Part shown: piece after piece, positions 26,714-37,861 of the stretch | How the letters are laid out: each line of letters begins with the position of its first letter | Position numbering within the stretch: position 1 is the stretch's first letter | NCBI GenBank assembly: GCA_036381715.1 | Contig: DASVCH010000122.1 | Coordinates: forward strand, 4-64,003 | Origin: Gammaproteobacteria bacterium | Lineage (GTDB): Bacteria; Pseudomonadota; Gammaproteobacteria; Natronospirales; JAJUFS01 | Direction: 5' to 3' | Length of the DNA stretch: 64,000 bases | Made by a program: the position numbers and the translations under genes | The notes under the pieces: model-generated | The model's input: only the letters and a program-made list of their open reading frames with translations | What the model was told of the DNA's origin: nothing | Databases searched by the model: none

Positions 26714-28480
26714 GTGGCGAAGCACCGGCAGGAATTCGACGTCTGGGACGCCTACCGGCGGCTTTTGCGTTACGCCGCGCCGCACCGCTGGGTGTTCGCG
26801 CTCGGCGCGCTGGCGATGATCGTCGGCGCGCTTGGCGAACTTGCCACCGCGTGGCTGATGGAGCCGCTGCTCGACCAGGGTTTCGGCGAGCGTGACGCCG
26901 AAGTCATCATGCTGATTCCCGTTGCCGTCATCGGCATATCGCTGCTGCGCGGCCTGGGCGCCTTCGGCAGTTCCTATTCCATCGGCTGGATCGCGCGGCA
27001 TGTCATCAAGAAGCTGCGACAGGACGTCTTCGAAAAGCTGCTCGCCATGCCGGCGCGCTATTACGACCGCAGTTCCGGCGGCCAGCTGATCTCGAAAATC
27101 ACCTACAACATCGAGCAGGTCGCCGAATCGAGTTCGCGCGCGATCATCGTCCTGCTCGGCGACAGCCTGCGCGCGATCGCGCTGATCGGCTACATGCTGT
27201 GGATGAGCTGGCAGCTGTCGCTGTTCGTGTTCGTGCTGATGCCGCTGCTCGCCGCGATCGTGCGCTGGGTCAGCAAGCGCTTCCGGCGCTACAGCACGCG
27301 CATCCAGAATTCGATGGGCGACGTGACGCAGGTGGCGGAGGAAATCATCGTCGGCCAGCGGGTCATCAAGATCTTCGGCGGCGAGGACTACGAGCGCGAA
27401 CGCTTCGGCGGCGTGAACGAAAGCAATCGCCGGCTGCACATGAAACTGCTGGCGACGAAAGCCGGCAGCGTGCCCATCGTGCAGGTCATCAGCAGCATCG
27501 GCATTGCGCTCGTGATCTACTTCGCGGCGCGTGGATCCGAGAGTTTCACGTTCACCGCCGGCGAATTCACCTCGTATCTCGGCGCCATGCTGTTGCTGTC
27601 CCAGCCGATGAAGCGCCTCACCGAGATCAACGAACCGCTGCAGCGCGGGATCGCGGCGGCGCACAGCATTTTCGAACTGCTCGACAGCGAGTCGCAGGCG
27701 GACACCGGCACCCGCGAACTCGGCCGTGCGCGCGGCGAAGTGCGCTTCGAGAACGTGCGCTTTGCCTACAGCGCGGACAAGGGCGACGTGCTGTGCGGCA
27801 TCGACATCGCCGTCGCGCCCGGCGAAACCGTCGCGCTGGTCGGACGCTCGGGCAGCGGCAAGAGTTCGCTCGTCAGCCTGCTGCCGCGCTTCTACGAAAC
27901 CACCGGCGGCAGCATTCGCATTGACGGCGTCGACATCCGCGATTTGAAACTTCGCGACCTGCGGCGCCAGATTGCGCTGGTATCGCAGGATATCGTGCTG
28001 TTCAACGACACGATCGCGCGCAACATCGCCTACGGCGGACTTGGCGATGCGGCGGAAAGCGCCGTTCATGACGCCGCGCGCGCCGCGCACGCGCTCGAGT
28101 TCATCGAAAAACTGCCGGAAGGTTTCGACACGCTGGTCGGCGACCGCGGCCTGCTGTTGTCCGGCGGGCAGCGGCAGCGCCTCGCCATCGCGCGCGCGCT
28201 CCTGAAGGACGCGCCCATCCTGATTCTCGACGAGGCGACGTCCGCGCTCGACACCGAATCCGAACGCCACATCCAGGATGCGCTGGACGAACTGATGAAA
28301 TCCCGCACCACGTTCGTGATCGCGCATCGCCTTTCGACCGTCGAGAAAGCCGACCGCATTCTCGTGCTGGAAGCCGGACGCATCGTCGAGCAGGGTGCGC
28401 ACGCCGAACTGCTCGAACGCGACGGCGCCTACGCCGCGCTGCATCGCCTGCAGTTCAGCGAAGCCGGCCGCGAAGCCTGA
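26714..28480 (+). CDS. msbA: lipid A export ABC transporter (permease/ATPase fusion)
   Basis: 6-TM domain, Walker A GRSGSGKSS, LSGGQRQR, ILILDEATSALD. Conserved msbA-lpxK-kdsB linkage. Confidence 0.92.
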   Translation: MAKHRQEFDVWDAYRRLLRYAAPHRWVFALGALAMIVGALGELATAWLMEPLLDQGFGERDAEVIMLIPVAVIGISLLRGLGAFGSSYSIGWIARHVIKKLRQDVFEKLLAMPARYYDRSSGGQLISKITYNIEQVAESSSRAIIVLLGDSLRAIALIGYMLWMSWQLSLFVFVLMPLLAAIVRWVSKRFRRYSTRIQNSMGDVTQVAEEIIVGQRVIKIFGGEDYERERFGGVNESNRRLHMKLLATKAGSVPIVQVISSIGIALVIYFAARGSESFTFTAGEFTSYLGAMLLLSQPMKRLTEINEPLQRGIAAAHSIFELLDSESQADTGTRELGRARGEVRFENVRFAYSADKGDVLCGIDIAVAPGETVALVGRSGSGKSSLVSLLPRFYETTGGSIRIDGVDIRDLKLRDLRRQIALVSQDIVLFNDTIARNIAYGGLGDAAESAVHDAARAAHALEFIEKLPEGFDTLVGDRGLLLSGGQRQRLAIARALLKDAPILILDEATSALDTESERHIQDALDELMKSRTTFVIAHRLSTVEKADRILVLEAGRIVEQGAHAELLERDGAYAALHRLQFSEAGREA

Positions 28481-28485
28481 CCTCG

Positions 28486-29520
28486 ATGTCGCGCGACGCG
28501 CATTTCAATCGCATCTGGTACGAAGGCGAGCCGCCGGCGCTGTGGCAGCGCCTGCTTGCCGGCGTGTTCCGAACCTTCAGCGCGCTGCGCCGCGCACTGT
28601 ACCGCCTCGGCATTCTTCGCCGCGCGAAACTCGACGTGCCCGTGATCGTCATCGGCAACCTGACGGCCGGCGGTGCGGGCAAGACGCCGCTCACGCTCGC
28701 GCTCGTGCGTGAATTGCGCGAACGCGGGTTCCGGCCCGGCATCGTCAGCCGCGGTTACGGCGGACGCCCGGGGAAGACGCCCTTGCCGGTGACGGCGGGC
28801 ACGCCGCCCGCCCGCGCCGGCGACGAGCCCGTCATGCTTGCCGCGCGCAGCGGCGTTCCGGTGTTCGTGCATCCGCGCCGTGTACGCGCGGCACAGGCAT
28901 TGCGCGCGGCGCATGCCGTTGACGTCATCGTCTGTGATGACGGCCTGCAGCATTACGCCTTGGCGCGCGACATCGAAATCGCCGTCGTGGACGGCCTGCG
29001 CGGCCTGGGCAACGAAAAACTGCTGCCGGCCGGCCCGTTGCGCGAACCGCCTGGCCGCCTGAACAAGGCGGACCACGTCGTCATCAACGGCGAGCCGTCA
29101 GCGCAGGCGCTGGCCGCGCTTTCGAAACAGGGCGGCGCGAAGATCTCGGTGATGCGCCTTGAGCCCGCCGCGCTGGTGAATCTTTCCGGCGGCGAACGGC
29201 GTTCACCGGACGCGCTTGCCGATCGCCATTGCGCGGCCGTCGCCGGCATTGGCAATCCGCAACGCTTTTTCAGTACGCTTGGCGAGCTCGGCTATCGCGC
29301 CGAATGCCGCGCCTTTCCCGATCATCACGCCTACGTGCCGGGGGATTTCGAATTCGTCGGCGCGCGTCCGTTGTTGATGACCGAAAAGGACGCCGTCAAA
29401 TGCCGCGGCTTCGCGGCGGCGGACTGGTGGTATCTTGAAATCGCGGCTTCGCTGGAGACCTCGTTCGTCGCGGCGGTCGCCGCGCGGCTGAAGGCATTGC
29501 ACGGAGAAACACGGCGTTGA
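28486..29520 (+). CDS. lpxK: tetraacyldisaccharide 4'-kinase
   Basis: P-loop [12 protein letters not shown] and DDGLQH motif. Confidence 0.92.
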   Translation: MSRDAHFNRIWYEGEPPALWQRLLAGVFRTFSALRRALYRLGILRRAKLDVPVIVIGNLTAGGAGKTPLTLALVRELRERGFRPGIVSRGYGGRPGKTPLPVTAGTPPARAGDEPVMLAARSGVPVFVHPRRVRAAQALRAAHAVDVIVCDDGLQHYALARDIEIAVVDGLRGLGNEKLLPAGPLREPPGRLNKADHVVINGEPSAQALAALSKQGGAKISVMRLEPAALVNLSGGERRSPDALADRHCAAVAGIGNPQRFFSTLGELGYRAECRAFPDHHAYVPGDFEFVGARPLLMTEKDAVKCRGFAAADWWYLEIAASLETSFVAAVAARLKALHGETRR

Positions 29521-29696
29521 ACACGACACTGCTCGAAATCCTCGCGTGCCCCGTATGCAAGGGCAAGCTGGAGTTCCATCGCGACAAGCAGGAACTTGTC
29601 TGCCGCCTCGACCGTCTTGCCTATCCGGTACGCGATGACGTGCCGGTAATGCTGGTGGAGGAAGCGCGCGAACTCGACGGCGAGAATCCGCGGTGA
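29517..29696 (+). CDS. Trm112/YcaR-family small zinc-ribbon protein (59 aa, TTG start); absent from the ORF track
   Basis: My own translation: [54 protein letters not shown]. It overlaps the lpxK stop and the kdsB start, which is the usual lpxK-ycaR-kdsB arrangement. Confidence 0.85.
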   Translation: MNTTLLEILACPVCKGKLEFHRDKQELVCRLDRLAYPVRDDVPVMLVEEARELDGENPR

Positions 29697-30448
29697 CGGA
29701 TTTCACCGTCGTCATTCCCGCCCGGTTCGCATCGACGCGCCTGCCGGGAAAACCGCTGGCGGACATCGCCGGAAAACCGATGATCGCGCACGTCTGGGAA
29801 CGCGCGCGCGAAGCGGGCGCCGCGCGCGTGATCGTAGCAACGGACGATGCGCGCGTTCACGCGGCCTGCGAACGACTCGGTGCGGAAGTTTTCATGACTG
29901 CGGCGGATCACGCTTCCGGCACGGACCGCATCAACGAAGTCGTCGGCGCGCTGTCCGCGAGCGACAACGACATTTTCGTGAACGTGCAGGGCGACGAGCC
30001 TTTCATGCCGCCGGAGAACATCCGCCAGGCCGCAGAGCTTGCCGCACTCGCCGGAACGGACATCGCGACCCTGCACGTGCCGGTACTGTCGCGCGAGGAA
30101 TTCCTGGATCCGAACGTGGTGAAACTCGTCGCTGACGCGGACGGCCGGGCGCTGTATTTCAGCCGCGCACCCATACCGTGGAATCGCAACGCCGGACGCG
30201 ATGACAACGGCTGGCCGGCCGCGTTCGAAGGCGCAGTCCGGCATCTCGGCATTTACGCCTATCGCGCCGGCGCCCTGCGGCGCTTTGCGGCCGCGCCGTC
30301 GTGCGTGCTGGAAGACATGGAAAGCCTGGAGCAGTTGCGCGCGCTGTGGCTCGGCATGACGGTTCGCACCGCCGTCGCCGTGCGCGTTCCGCCGCATGGC
30401 GTCGATACGCCCGAGGATCTTGAAGCCGCGCGCGACGCGATGCGGTGA
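29693..30448 (+). CDS. kdsB: 3-deoxy-manno-octulosonate cytidylyltransferase
   Basis: [26 protein letters not shown]...VNVQGDEP motifs. GTG start. Confidence 0.93.
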   Translation: MTDFTVVIPARFASTRLPGKPLADIAGKPMIAHVWERAREAGAARVIVATDDARVHAACERLGAEVFMTAADHASGTDRINEVVGALSASDNDIFVNVQGDEPFMPPENIRQAAELAALAGTDIATLHVPVLSREEFLDPNVVKLVADADGRALYFSRAPIPWNRNAGRDDNGWPAAFEGAVRHLGIYAYRAGALRRFAAAPSCVLEDMESLEQLRALWLGMTVRTAVAVRVPPHGVDTPEDLEAARDAMR

Positions 30449-30463
30449 TCGCCCGCGCGGCGG

Positions 30464-31468
30464 TCAGAGCGACGAAAGGAATTCGTAGGGCAGGTACAGC
30501 ACCGCCGTCAGCAACGACAACAGGATCAGCGCGAGCACGGCGTTGATCGTGTGCTTCAGGAACTTGTAGAGTCCCCGCCGGGTTTGCTTGAGCTCCTTGC
30601 CTTTTTCCAGCATTGGCCCCAGCGTCGAAAACAGCGCATTGAAGCCGCCGCGCCTGTCGCCGGCGTCGTTCGGAACGATCGTGAGCCGCATCAGGCGCGA
30701 ATAGAAGAAATTCGCCACTCGCCCGAACACGTTCATGGGACGCGCGATGTCGCACATCAGGATCAGGCGGTGCCTGTCGGTGTCGTTGGACGCGTGGTGA
30801 ATGTAGGTTTCGTCGAACAGCAGCGCTTCGCCGTCACGCCAGGAGTAGGTGTTCCCGTCGACATTGATCCAGCAGTCGTCGGAGTTCGGCGTCGCCAGCC
30901 CAAGGTGATAGCGCAGCGAACAGGCGAACGGATCGGAATGCGGCGTCAGCTTCGAGCCGGGCGGCAGCAGCGTGAACAAGGCGCCTTTCACGGCGGGGAT
31001 CGCTTCGAGGATCCTGACGGTTTCGGGACACGAACGTTTTGCCGAGTCGTGCGTGTAGCCGTACCACTTCAGGTAGTACTTGCTCCAGCCGTACTTGAAG
31101 AAGGTGTGGAAGCCGACATCGTAGTAGCTTTGCGAATCCCGCCGCGTGGTGTTTTCGAAGGCCTTCCCCTCGTGCAGGGCGAGCGCTTCGTCGCGAATCG
31201 TTTTCCAGTTCCGGCGGATTTCCTCGAGCTCGGGAAAGTCCGCCATTTCCATGATCGGCCGGCGGGCGCGACGCTCAGTGGAGATATAAAGGAGACAGTT
31301 CAGCGGCGCGAACATCGGCCAGCACTTCCGCATGTACTCCCGCAGCGCGGGACGCTGGTTGCCGCGGAACGCGTAGACGTACGTTACGGACGCAATGAAA
31401 AACGATGCAAGCAGAATCAATATCGCTGTAGCCGCGATCATGCCGGTTCCCCCCAAAGAGGCTTCCAT
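30464..31468 (-). CDS. aspartyl/asparaginyl beta-hydroxylase family dioxygenase (LpxO-like)
   Basis: N-terminal TM helix, then LPPGSKLTPHSDP (His-x-Asp iron site) and DETYIHHASN. The start is ambiguous: 31441, 31468 or 31564. Confidence 0.75.
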   Translation of the reverse strand: MEASLGGTGMIAATAILILLASFFIASVTYVYAFRGNQRPALREYMRKCWPMFAPLNCLLYISTERRARRPIMEMADFPELEEIRRNWKTIRDEALALHEGKAFENTTRRDSQSYYDVGFHTFFKYGWSKYYLKWYGYTHDSAKRSCPETVRILEAIPAVKGALFTLLPPGSKLTPHSDPFACSLRYHLGLATPNSDDCWINVDGNTYSWRDGEALLFDETYIHHASNDTDRHRLILMCDIARPMNVFGRVANFFYSRLMRLTIVPNDAGDRRGGFNALFSTLGPMLEKGKELKQTRRGLYKFLKHTINAVLALILLSLLTAVLYLPYEFLSSL

Positions 31469-31616
31469 ACCTTCAGCCCTGTTGCCGGGCGACGGACGGG
31501 AAAATAGAGGAATGGGCGGCAGAAGGGAAGAGCGGAACGCCAATTGATGCGCCGTTTCCGGCATCAGTGTGCCATTTGGCCCGGAATGCCGCGGTGCATG
31601 AGCCGCAGCTGCGGAA

Positions 31617-31934
31617 TCAGCTCAACCGCAGCTTGCTTCTGTGGCTTGCGACGACGCTTTTGTGCGCGACCGTGAACACCTGGTTCTTCGCCTTGCCGGA
31701 CAGCGGCTTTCCGAATCGCGCCTCGAACGCGTCGCTGACGGCATTCGAGATTCTTGCCGCGGCCACGCTTGCCGGTTCGCGAACGGGACGCGCGTCCGAC
31801 GTCACGACCTTGAGCGCGTGCGGCCGGCAGAAGGCGTAGAACTCCTCGAAAGACCAGGTGGCAAGTCCGGCCTTTTTCAGTTCCGTGTAGTACCGCCGGG
31901 CATAGTTCTTCGCTCTTCGTTCGATTTCATCCAT
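31617..31934 (-). CDS. hypothetical protein (105 aa)
   Basis: Best-looking frame in this gap (MDEIERRAKNYARRYYTELKKAGLATWSFEEFYAF...). No family recognised. Confidence 0.4.
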   Translation of the reverse strand: MDEIERRAKNYARRYYTELKKAGLATWSFEEFYAFCRPHALKVVTSDARPVREPASVAAARISNAVSDAFEARFGKPLSGKAKNQVFTVAHKSVVASHRSKLRLS

Positions 31935-32044
31935 CGATTGTCTGTCCTTCGGCCCCGTGGTTTCTTCGCGTTCAAGATCAACAGGTTCTGATGTAAAGTG
32001 CCATCGGGTAATTCATTCGCGGCAGTTCTGTGACGATGACGGTT

Positions 32045-32515
32045 ATGGAAAGAAAGGCGATTCTCTTCGTGTGCATGGGCAACATCTGCCGTTCGCCGAC
32101 AGCGGAAGGGGTTTTCCGGCGGCTTCTGGAAGCGGAGGGCGAAGGGCTGCAGGTGGAGATCGACTCCGCGGGCACGCACAGTTATCACGCGGGTGCGGCG
32201 CCCGACCGCCGTGCGCAGGCGGCCGCTTTGCGGCGCGGCATTGATCTTTCCGCGCAACGCGCGCGCCAGGTGACCGTCGAGGATTTCGAACGCTTTGATT
32301 TCGTGCTGGCGATGGATGAAGACAACCTCGCGATCCTCCATGCTCAGTGTCCGCCCGCGCGCCGCCAACGCGTCCGGCTGTTTCTCGAGTACGGCACCCT
32401 GGGCGAACGCAACGTACCGGATCCCTACTATGGCGGCGAGAACGGCTTCGAGCGCGTCCTCGATCTCGTCGAGGATGCGGCGCGAGGCTTGCTGGCAAGT
32501 TTGCGGCGTTCCTGA
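32045..32515 (+). CDS. low-molecular-weight protein-tyrosine phosphatase
   Basis: Active-site loop ILFVCMGNICRSPTAEG (C-x5-R-S) and DPYYG (general-acid Asp). Upstream alternative starts at 32030 and 32036. Confidence 0.9.
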   Translation: MERKAILFVCMGNICRSPTAEGVFRRLLEAEGEGLQVEIDSAGTHSYHAGAAPDRRAQAAALRRGIDLSAQRARQVTVEDFERFDFVLAMDEDNLAILHAQCPPARRQRVRLFLEYGTLGERNVPDPYYGGENGFERVLDLVEDAARGLLASLRRS

Positions 32516-32536
32516 AATCCTTTCCGGGGGGCATCA

Positions 32537-33031
32537 ATGACGACAATCTCGGGTGCCGCAGCCGGCACGCCACATTCTCCCCGTTTCGCCATCCTGCACG
32601 GCGGCCTGCTCGCGGGCGCACTCGATATCCTGGCTGCGATCGCAAGCAATGCCTTCCGGGGAATCGAGGCGCTGTCGATCCTGCAGTCGGTCGCCACCGG
32701 CCTGCTTGGCCGCGCGGCCTATGATCTTGGCCTGGCCGGCGCTGGCCTCGGACTGCTGCTGCATTTTCTTGTGATGTTCGCGATCAGCGCGATTTTTTAT
32801 GCGGCAAGCCGGAGACTGGTTTTTCTCGTCCGGCACGCGGCGCTGTCCGGCGCGTTGTACGGCATCGCGGTTTACCTGTTCATGAATTTCGTCGTGCTGC
32901 CGCTGTCGGCGTTCCCGCATACTTTGCGCCATTCACCCGGTGCGCTGGCGCTCGGCGTTTCCATTCACGTGTTGTGCGTCGGCTTGCCGATAGCACTGGT
33001 CGTGAAACGGTATTCCGAAAGGACGTCCTGA
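32537..33031 (+). CDS. hypothetical inner-membrane protein (4-5 TM helices)
   Basis: Hydrophobic helices throughout (LLGRAAYDLGLAGAGLGLLLHFLVMFAISAIFY...). No family recognised. Confidence 0.55.
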   Translation: MTTISGAAAGTPHSPRFAILHGGLLAGALDILAAIASNAFRGIEALSILQSVATGLLGRAAYDLGLAGAGLGLLLHFLVMFAISAIFYAASRRLVFLVRHAALSGALYGIAVYLFMNFVVLPLSAFPHTLRHSPGALALGVSIHVLCVGLPIALVVKRYSERTS

Positions 33032-33066
33032 AAAAAGAAACCGGCCAGAAGGCCGGTTTCCTTTGC
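33031..33066. terminator. bidirectional rho-independent terminator
   Basis: AAAAAA-GAAACCGGCC-AGAA-GGCCGGTTTC-CTTTG between convergent genes (the membrane protein and rne). Confidence 0.8.
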
Positions 33067-33082
33067 AAGCTTGTGCCGTTCC

Positions 33083-35779
33083 TCAGGTGTCGGAGCCCGT
33101 CGGCTTGTCCTTCTCTTCGGCGTTCTGGCCGTCGTCGCGGCGGGTTTCGATTTTCACCAGCCCTTCGTTGGAGCGCTTGATCGCCTGGATGCGTTTCAGC
33201 ACTTCGTCAGCGGAACGGGTCGAGCCCGAACCCGCGGCGCTGCCGTTGCCCTGGTCCTTGTTCGACGGCGCCGGTGCCGGATGCGGTTCGGCTTTCGCCG
33301 CGACCGGTTCAACGGGGCCTTTCACGGGCGCTTCGGCCTTCGGTGCAGTCGCGGTTTCCTCGCGCGCCGGCGCGGTTTCCACCGGACCTTTCACGGGTTC
33401 CCGCGCTTCCGCCTGTGGCGCCGTTTCCGGCTTCCGTTCGCGCGGAATGGCGACCGGGCGAATGCCGGCGGGCGCGCGTTCCGTTGCCGCCGGCTCCGTG
33501 CGTGTTTCTGCCGGCGTTTCCTTGTTCACGACCGGAGGTTTCGCGACCGGTTTTGCCTCGGTTTTTGCTTCCGGCATTGCCGCGGGCGATTCGTCGCGCG
33601 GCGTCGCGCTGGCCGGCTTCTCCGCCTGCGGACGCTGTTCGCGCGCGACGGTGTCGGCAGTATTGTCCGGCGCTGCGGTGCTGCGCGTGTTGTCCTGCGC
33701 CGCAGTCTGCGCGGCAGCGTCGCCGCTCTTGCGCCGGCGGCGTCCACCACGGCGGCCGCGGCGCGTGTTCCGGCTGCGGCCCGTTTCCTTTTCGGCTTCC
33801 TCCGTCCTGCCGTGAGAAGGGGCTTCCGCCGCCTTGTGTTCGGCGGGCTTGCGGGATTGGTCGTCGCGACGACTTCCCGTTTCCGACTTGCGGGCTTCGG
33901 GTTTCTGCTCGTCGCGCTGACGTTTCCCGCGCGCGTTGTTGTCCTTGCGCGCTTCATCGTTGCGGCTGCCGCCACGGCGGGAACGGCGCGTGCGCGTTTC
34001 GTCACGCTGCTTGTCGCGGCTGCGCGTGCCGCGGGCCTGCGTGGCAGTGCGCCGCTTCGGCTCCCTGCTTTCTTCCGTACCGGTGCCGAACAGGAAACGC
34101 CACAGCCGGGCAAGCAGGCCGGGTTGCGTTTCGGCGACGCGTGTCACCGGCGCCGGCGCCGGTGCGGGCGTCGAAGGCGCCAGCGCCTTGACGGCCGGCT
34201 CTTCCGGCAGCTTCTGGCTTTCGCCGGAGAGATAGCTCGGCACGGTGGCGTCCTCGCTGGATTCCGCCAGCGTGTAGCTTGCCGTGCGCGTGCCGTTGCT
34301 GCCGATTTCGTCGTCGCGCTGGCGCAGAATTTCGTAATCCGGCGTTTCGATGTTCGGGTTCGGCACCAGGATGACGTCGACGCGGCAGCGCTGCTCGATG
34401 CGCAGGATCCCGTCGCGCTTCTCGTTGAGCAGGAAAGTCGCGGCTTCCACCGGCAGCTGCGCGACGACGCGCGCGGTCTTTTCCTTCATCGCCTCTTCTT
34501 CGATCAGGCGCAGTACGGAAAGCGACAGCGATTCGATGCTGCGAATGCGGCCTTCGCCGTGGCAGCGCGGGCAGACCTGCTGGCTGGATTCGCCAAGCGA
34601 CGGACGCAGGCGCTGGCGCGACATTTCCATCAGCCCGAAGCGCGAGATGCGGCCGATCTGCACGCGCGCGCGATCCATCTTCAGGGCTTCGCGCAGCCTG
34701 TCTTCCACCGCGCGCTGGTTGCGGTTGCTCGACATGTCGATGAAGTCGATGACGATCAGGCCGCCCATGTCGCGCAGGCGGAGCTGGCGCGCGACTTCTT
34801 CCGCGGCTTCAAGGTTGGTGTTGAGCGCGGTTTCCTCGATGTCGCCGCCTTTGGTTGCACGCGAGGAGTTGACGTCGATGGACACCAGCGCCTCGGTGTG
34901 GTCGATGACCAGCGCGCCGCCGGACGGCAGGCGCACTTCGCGACGGAAGGCGGATTCGATCTGCGATTCGATCTGGAAGCGCGTGAACAGCGGCACGCGG
35001 TCCTGGTAGACCTTGAGCTTCGACAGGTTGTGCGGCATCACGGATTCCATGAAGCCTTTCGCCTGGTCGAAGATCTTCGGGTCGTCGATGAGGATTTCGC
35101 CCACGTCGGTGCGCAGGTAATCGCGCAGCGCGCGAATGATGACGTTCGATTCCTGGTAGATGAGCACCGGCGGCTTCATTTCATCCGCGGCTTTCTGGAT
35201 CGCTTCCCAGACGGTGACGAGGTAGTCGAGATCCCACTGCAGTTCCTCGACGCTGCGGCCGACGCCCGCCGTGCGCACGATCGCGCCCATGCCTTTCGGC
35301 ACGTTCATCTGCGACAGCGCTTCGCGGATTTCGTCGCGGTCTTCGCCTTCGATGCGGCGCGAAACGCCGCCGGCGCGCGGGTTGTTCGGCATCAGCACGA
35401 GGAAACGCCCCGCGAGGCTGATGAAGGTGGTCAGTGCCGCGCCCTTGTTGCCGCGTTCTTCCTTCTCGACCTGCACCAGGACTTCCTGGCCTTCCCTGAG
35501 CACTTCCTTGATGTTGATGCGTCCGCTGTCCGGCGCGCCTTCCCTGAAATAGCTGCGGGCGATTTCCTTCAGCGGCAGGAAGCCGTGGCGCTCGGAGCCG
35601 TAATCGACAAACGCGGCCTCGAGCGAAGGCTCGATGCGCGTGATGCGGCCCTTGTAGATGTTGGCTTTTTTCTGTTCGCGGGAGGGAACCTCGATGTCGA
35701 GGTCGTAGAGTTTCTGGCCGTCAACCATGGCCACGCGCAACTCTTCCGGCTGAGTTGCATTGATGAGCATTCTCTTCAT
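33083..35779 (-). CDS. rne: ribonuclease E
   Basis: [31 protein letters not shown]1 and catalytic domains, zinc link CPRCHGEG, and a long Arg/Pro/Ala/Glu-rich scaffold tail. Confidence 0.97.
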   Translation of the reverse strand: MKRMLINATQPEELRVAMVDGQKLYDLDIEVPSREQKKANIYKGRITRIEPSLEAAFVDYGSERHGFLPLKEIARSYFREGAPDSGRINIKEVLREGQEVLVQVEKEERGNKGAALTTFISLAGRFLVLMPNNPRAGGVSRRIEGEDRDEIREALSQMNVPKGMGAIVRTAGVGRSVEELQWDLDYLVTVWEAIQKAADEMKPPVLIYQESNVIIRALRDYLRTDVGEILIDDPKIFDQAKGFMESVMPHNLSKLKVYQDRVPLFTRFQIESQIESAFRREVRLPSGGALVIDHTEALVSIDVNSSRATKGGDIEETALNTNLEAAEEVARQLRLRDMGGLIVIDFIDMSSNRNQRAVEDRLREALKMDRARVQIGRISRFGLMEMSRQRLRPSLGESSQQVCPRCHGEGRIRSIESLSLSVLRLIEEEAMKEKTARVVAQLPVEAATFLLNEKRDGILRIEQRCRVDVILVPNPNIETPDYEILRQRDDEIGSNGTRTASYTLAESSEDATVPSYLSGESQKLPEEPAVKALAPSTPAPAPAPVTRVAETQPGLLARLWRFLFGTGTEESREPKRRTATQARGTRSRDKQRDETRTRRSRRGGSRNDEARKDNNARGKRQRDEQKPEARKSETGSRRDDQSRKPAEHKAAEAPSHGRTEEAEKETGRSRNTRRGRRGGRRRRKSGDAAAQTAAQDNTRSTAAPDNTADTVAREQRPQAEKPASATPRDESPAAMPEAKTEAKPVAKPPVVNKETPAETRTEPAATERAPAGIRPVAIPRERKPETAPQAEAREPVKGPVETAPAREETATAPKAEAPVKGPVEPVAAKAEPHPAPAPSNKDQGNGSAAGSGSTRSADEVLKRIQAIKRSNEGLVKIETRRDDGQNAEEKDKPTGSDT

Positions 35780-36242
35780 TAGTCTGGATCCGGATGCGCA
35801 CGCCGCTGTGCACTTGGGATCACGTGGTGCCGGTCGGGCCAGGGGGCTTCAGTTCCGCCTTTGATCGCGCTGCCGCCCGTGACTTCCTGGGCGGCGGCTG
35901 CGGGAATCCTGCCTGTACTTAACATCGGCGCTACGTGACCATGCAGGGCATGGGAGCGCATCGTCTCAGGGCCGTCCTGCCATTTCCCGTTCTTGTTTTC
36001 GGGCAGCGGACGGCGGTTCTTCCAAAAAAGGCCCGGCTGCTTGACGGGCCCACCCACAAATCTGTTCCAATACCGGCTTTGCGGCGCAATCTGCCGCGCC
36101 TGTTTTGCCAGAACCGCATGATTTCAGGTTCGGGCCAGCCGGAGCCGGGAATCACGACGGCGCCCCTGGCGCCAGTCACGAAGCAGCGATTCCCGCGACC
36201 TTGCAATCTTATCAATCCCAAGTATTTGAATCAATTTGATAA
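35780..36242 (-). promoter_or_regulatory. long rne leader plus divergent rluC promoter region
   Basis: 463-bp non-coding gap between divergent rne and rluC. In enterobacteria rne is autoregulated through a long structured 5' UTR. Conservation of that structure here was not tested. Confidence 0.4.
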
Positions 36243-37199
36243 ATGAACGAATCCGACACGAATGGCGCAGCGCCGCGCGCACGCGTGGTCGAAGCCGGCC
36301 CCGAGGACGACGGCCAGCGCCTCGACAATTTCCTGATCCGCCATCTCAAGGGCGTGCCGCGCAGCCATGTTTACCGGCTGTTGCGCACGGGCCAGGTGCG
36401 CGTGAACGGCGGGCGGGTGAAGGCGCAGTACCGCGTCGCCGCCGGCGACAAGGTGCGCCTGCCGCCGGTGCGCCAGGCGGCCGCGAGCGATGCACCACCG
36501 CCGCCGAAGCGGGCGAAGCGTGAACTCGAAGACCGGATTCTCTTCGAGGACGAGCGCGTCGTCGTCATCAACAAGCCGGCGGGCATGGCCGTGCATGGCG
36601 GCAGCGGGTTGAGTTTCGGCGTGATCGAGGCGCTGCGTTCGGCACGGCCCGATGCGCCTTTCCTGGAGCTCGCGCATCGCCTGGACCGGGAAACCAGCGG
36701 TTGCCTGGTGATCTGCAAGAAGCGCAGCGCGCTGCGTCGCGTTCATGAACTGTTGCGCGAGGGCGGCGTGGAGAAGCGCTATCTCGCGCTGGTGGCCGGC
36801 TCCTGGAGCCGCCGGCAGGAGGAAATCCGCCTCACGCTGAAAAAGCAGGTGCATGGCGGCGAGCGCATGGTTGACGTGCGGGCCGACGGCAAGGAGTCGG
36901 TCAGCCTGTTCCGCGCCATCGAGTATTACCCGGGCGCGACACTGATGGAGGTCGATATCCACACCGGACGCACCCACCAGATTCGCGTGCAGGCCGCGCA
37001 TGTCGGGCATCCCTTGCTGGGCGACGACAAGTATGGCGACCGCGAGGCGAACCGCGCATTCCGGAAACTCGGCCTGAAGCGGCTGTTCCTGCACGCGGCG
37101 AGCATCGGCTTCGAATGGCCGGACAACCACAACCGCGTGGACGTGAGCGCGCCGCTGGACGATGACCTGCGCGCCGTGCTCGATCGCATTGAACGATGA
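36243..37199 (+). CDS. rluC: 23S rRNA pseudouridine synthase, RluC type
   Basis: S4 domain (RLDNFLIRHLKGVPRSHVYRLLRTGQVRVNG), catalytic HRLDRETSG, and divergent linkage to rne. Confidence 0.88.
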   Translation: MNESDTNGAAPRARVVEAGPEDDGQRLDNFLIRHLKGVPRSHVYRLLRTGQVRVNGGRVKAQYRVAAGDKVRLPPVRQAAASDAPPPPKRAKRELEDRILFEDERVVVINKPAGMAVHGGSGLSFGVIEALRSARPDAPFLELAHRLDRETSGCLVICKKRSALRRVHELLREGGVEKRYLALVAGSWSRRQEEIRLTLKKQVHGGERMVDVRADGKESVSLFRAIEYYPGATLMEVDIHTGRTHQIRVQAAHVGHPLLGDDKYGDREANRAFRKLGLKRLFLHAASIGFEWPDNHNRVDVSAPLDDDLRAVLDRIER

Positions 37200-37858
37200 C
37201 CTGGCGTCTGCTCGTTTTCGACTGGGACGGCACGCTGATGGATTCGGCCGGGCACATCGTCGCGGCCGTACGGGCGGCAGCGGAGGATGTCGGTGCCCGC
37301 AAGCCCGCGGAAGACGATGTCCGCCACGTTATCGGTCTGGGCCTGCGCGAAGCGATCGCCGCCGCCATGCCCGAACTGGGCGACGCGGACTATACGCGTT
37401 TCGTCGAGGCATACCGCCGGCGCTTCTGGCAGGAATCGCTCCACGGGCAGGCGCTGTTCCCGGGCGCGCGCGAGGTCCTGCTCGAACTCAAGGCGGCGGG
37501 CTACCTGCTGGCGGTGGCGACGGGGAAGGGCAGGAACGGCCTGAGACGGGTGCTCGAAGAAGAGATGTTACATCAGGTATTTGACGTAACTCGTTGTGCA
37601 GAAGAGACAATTTCGAAACCTGATCCGCGCATGCTCGTGGAAATTCTCGATGAGCTGGGCCTGGAGCCGCGCGACGCGCTGATGATCGGGGACACCAGCT
37701 ACGACCTCGAAATGGCGGCGCGCGCCGGCATGGACCGGCTTGCCGTGAGTTATGGCGCGCACGGGAAGTCGCTGTTGCTCCCGCACAATCCGCTGGGTTT
37801 CCTCGACGACATCCGCGACCTGCCGGAATGGCTGGCGGACGTTCGCAAGGCGGGGTGA
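37196..37858 (+). CDS. HAD-superfamily hydrolase (phosphoglycolate phosphatase-like)
   Basis: Motif I LLVFDWDGTLMDS, motif II VATGK, motif III GDTSYD. Confidence 0.8.
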   Translation: MTWRLLVFDWDGTLMDSAGHIVAAVRAAAEDVGARKPAEDDVRHVIGLGLREAIAAAMPELGDADYTRFVEAYRRRFWQESLHGQALFPGAREVLLELKAAGYLLAVATGKGRNGLRRVLEEEMLHQVFDVTRCAEETISKPDPRMLVEILDELGLEPRDALMIGDTSYDLEMAARAGMDRLAVSYGAHGKSLLLPHNPLGFLDDIRDLPEWLADVRKAG

Positions 37859-37861
37859 GGA

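Noticed and set aside
33100-34200. Repetitive, low-complexity DNA that looks like a tandem repeat region.
   Set aside because: It encodes the Arg/Pro/Ala/Glu-rich C-terminal scaffold of RNase E, which is normally low-complexity. No exact periodic DNA repeat was found.
35779-36246. Three overlapping ORFs of 92-103 aa in the rne-rluC intergenic region.
   Set aside because: They overlap one another on both strands, have no RBS or motif support, and lie where an rne leader is expected.
37558-37626. A stretch of about 70 bp that is clearly more AT-rich than its surroundings, inside the HAD hydrolase gene.
   Set aside because: The reading frame is intact and the encoded segment (…EEMLHQVFDVTRCAEETISKPDP…) fits the HAD fold. 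It is too short to support a claim of insertion or recombination without comparative data.
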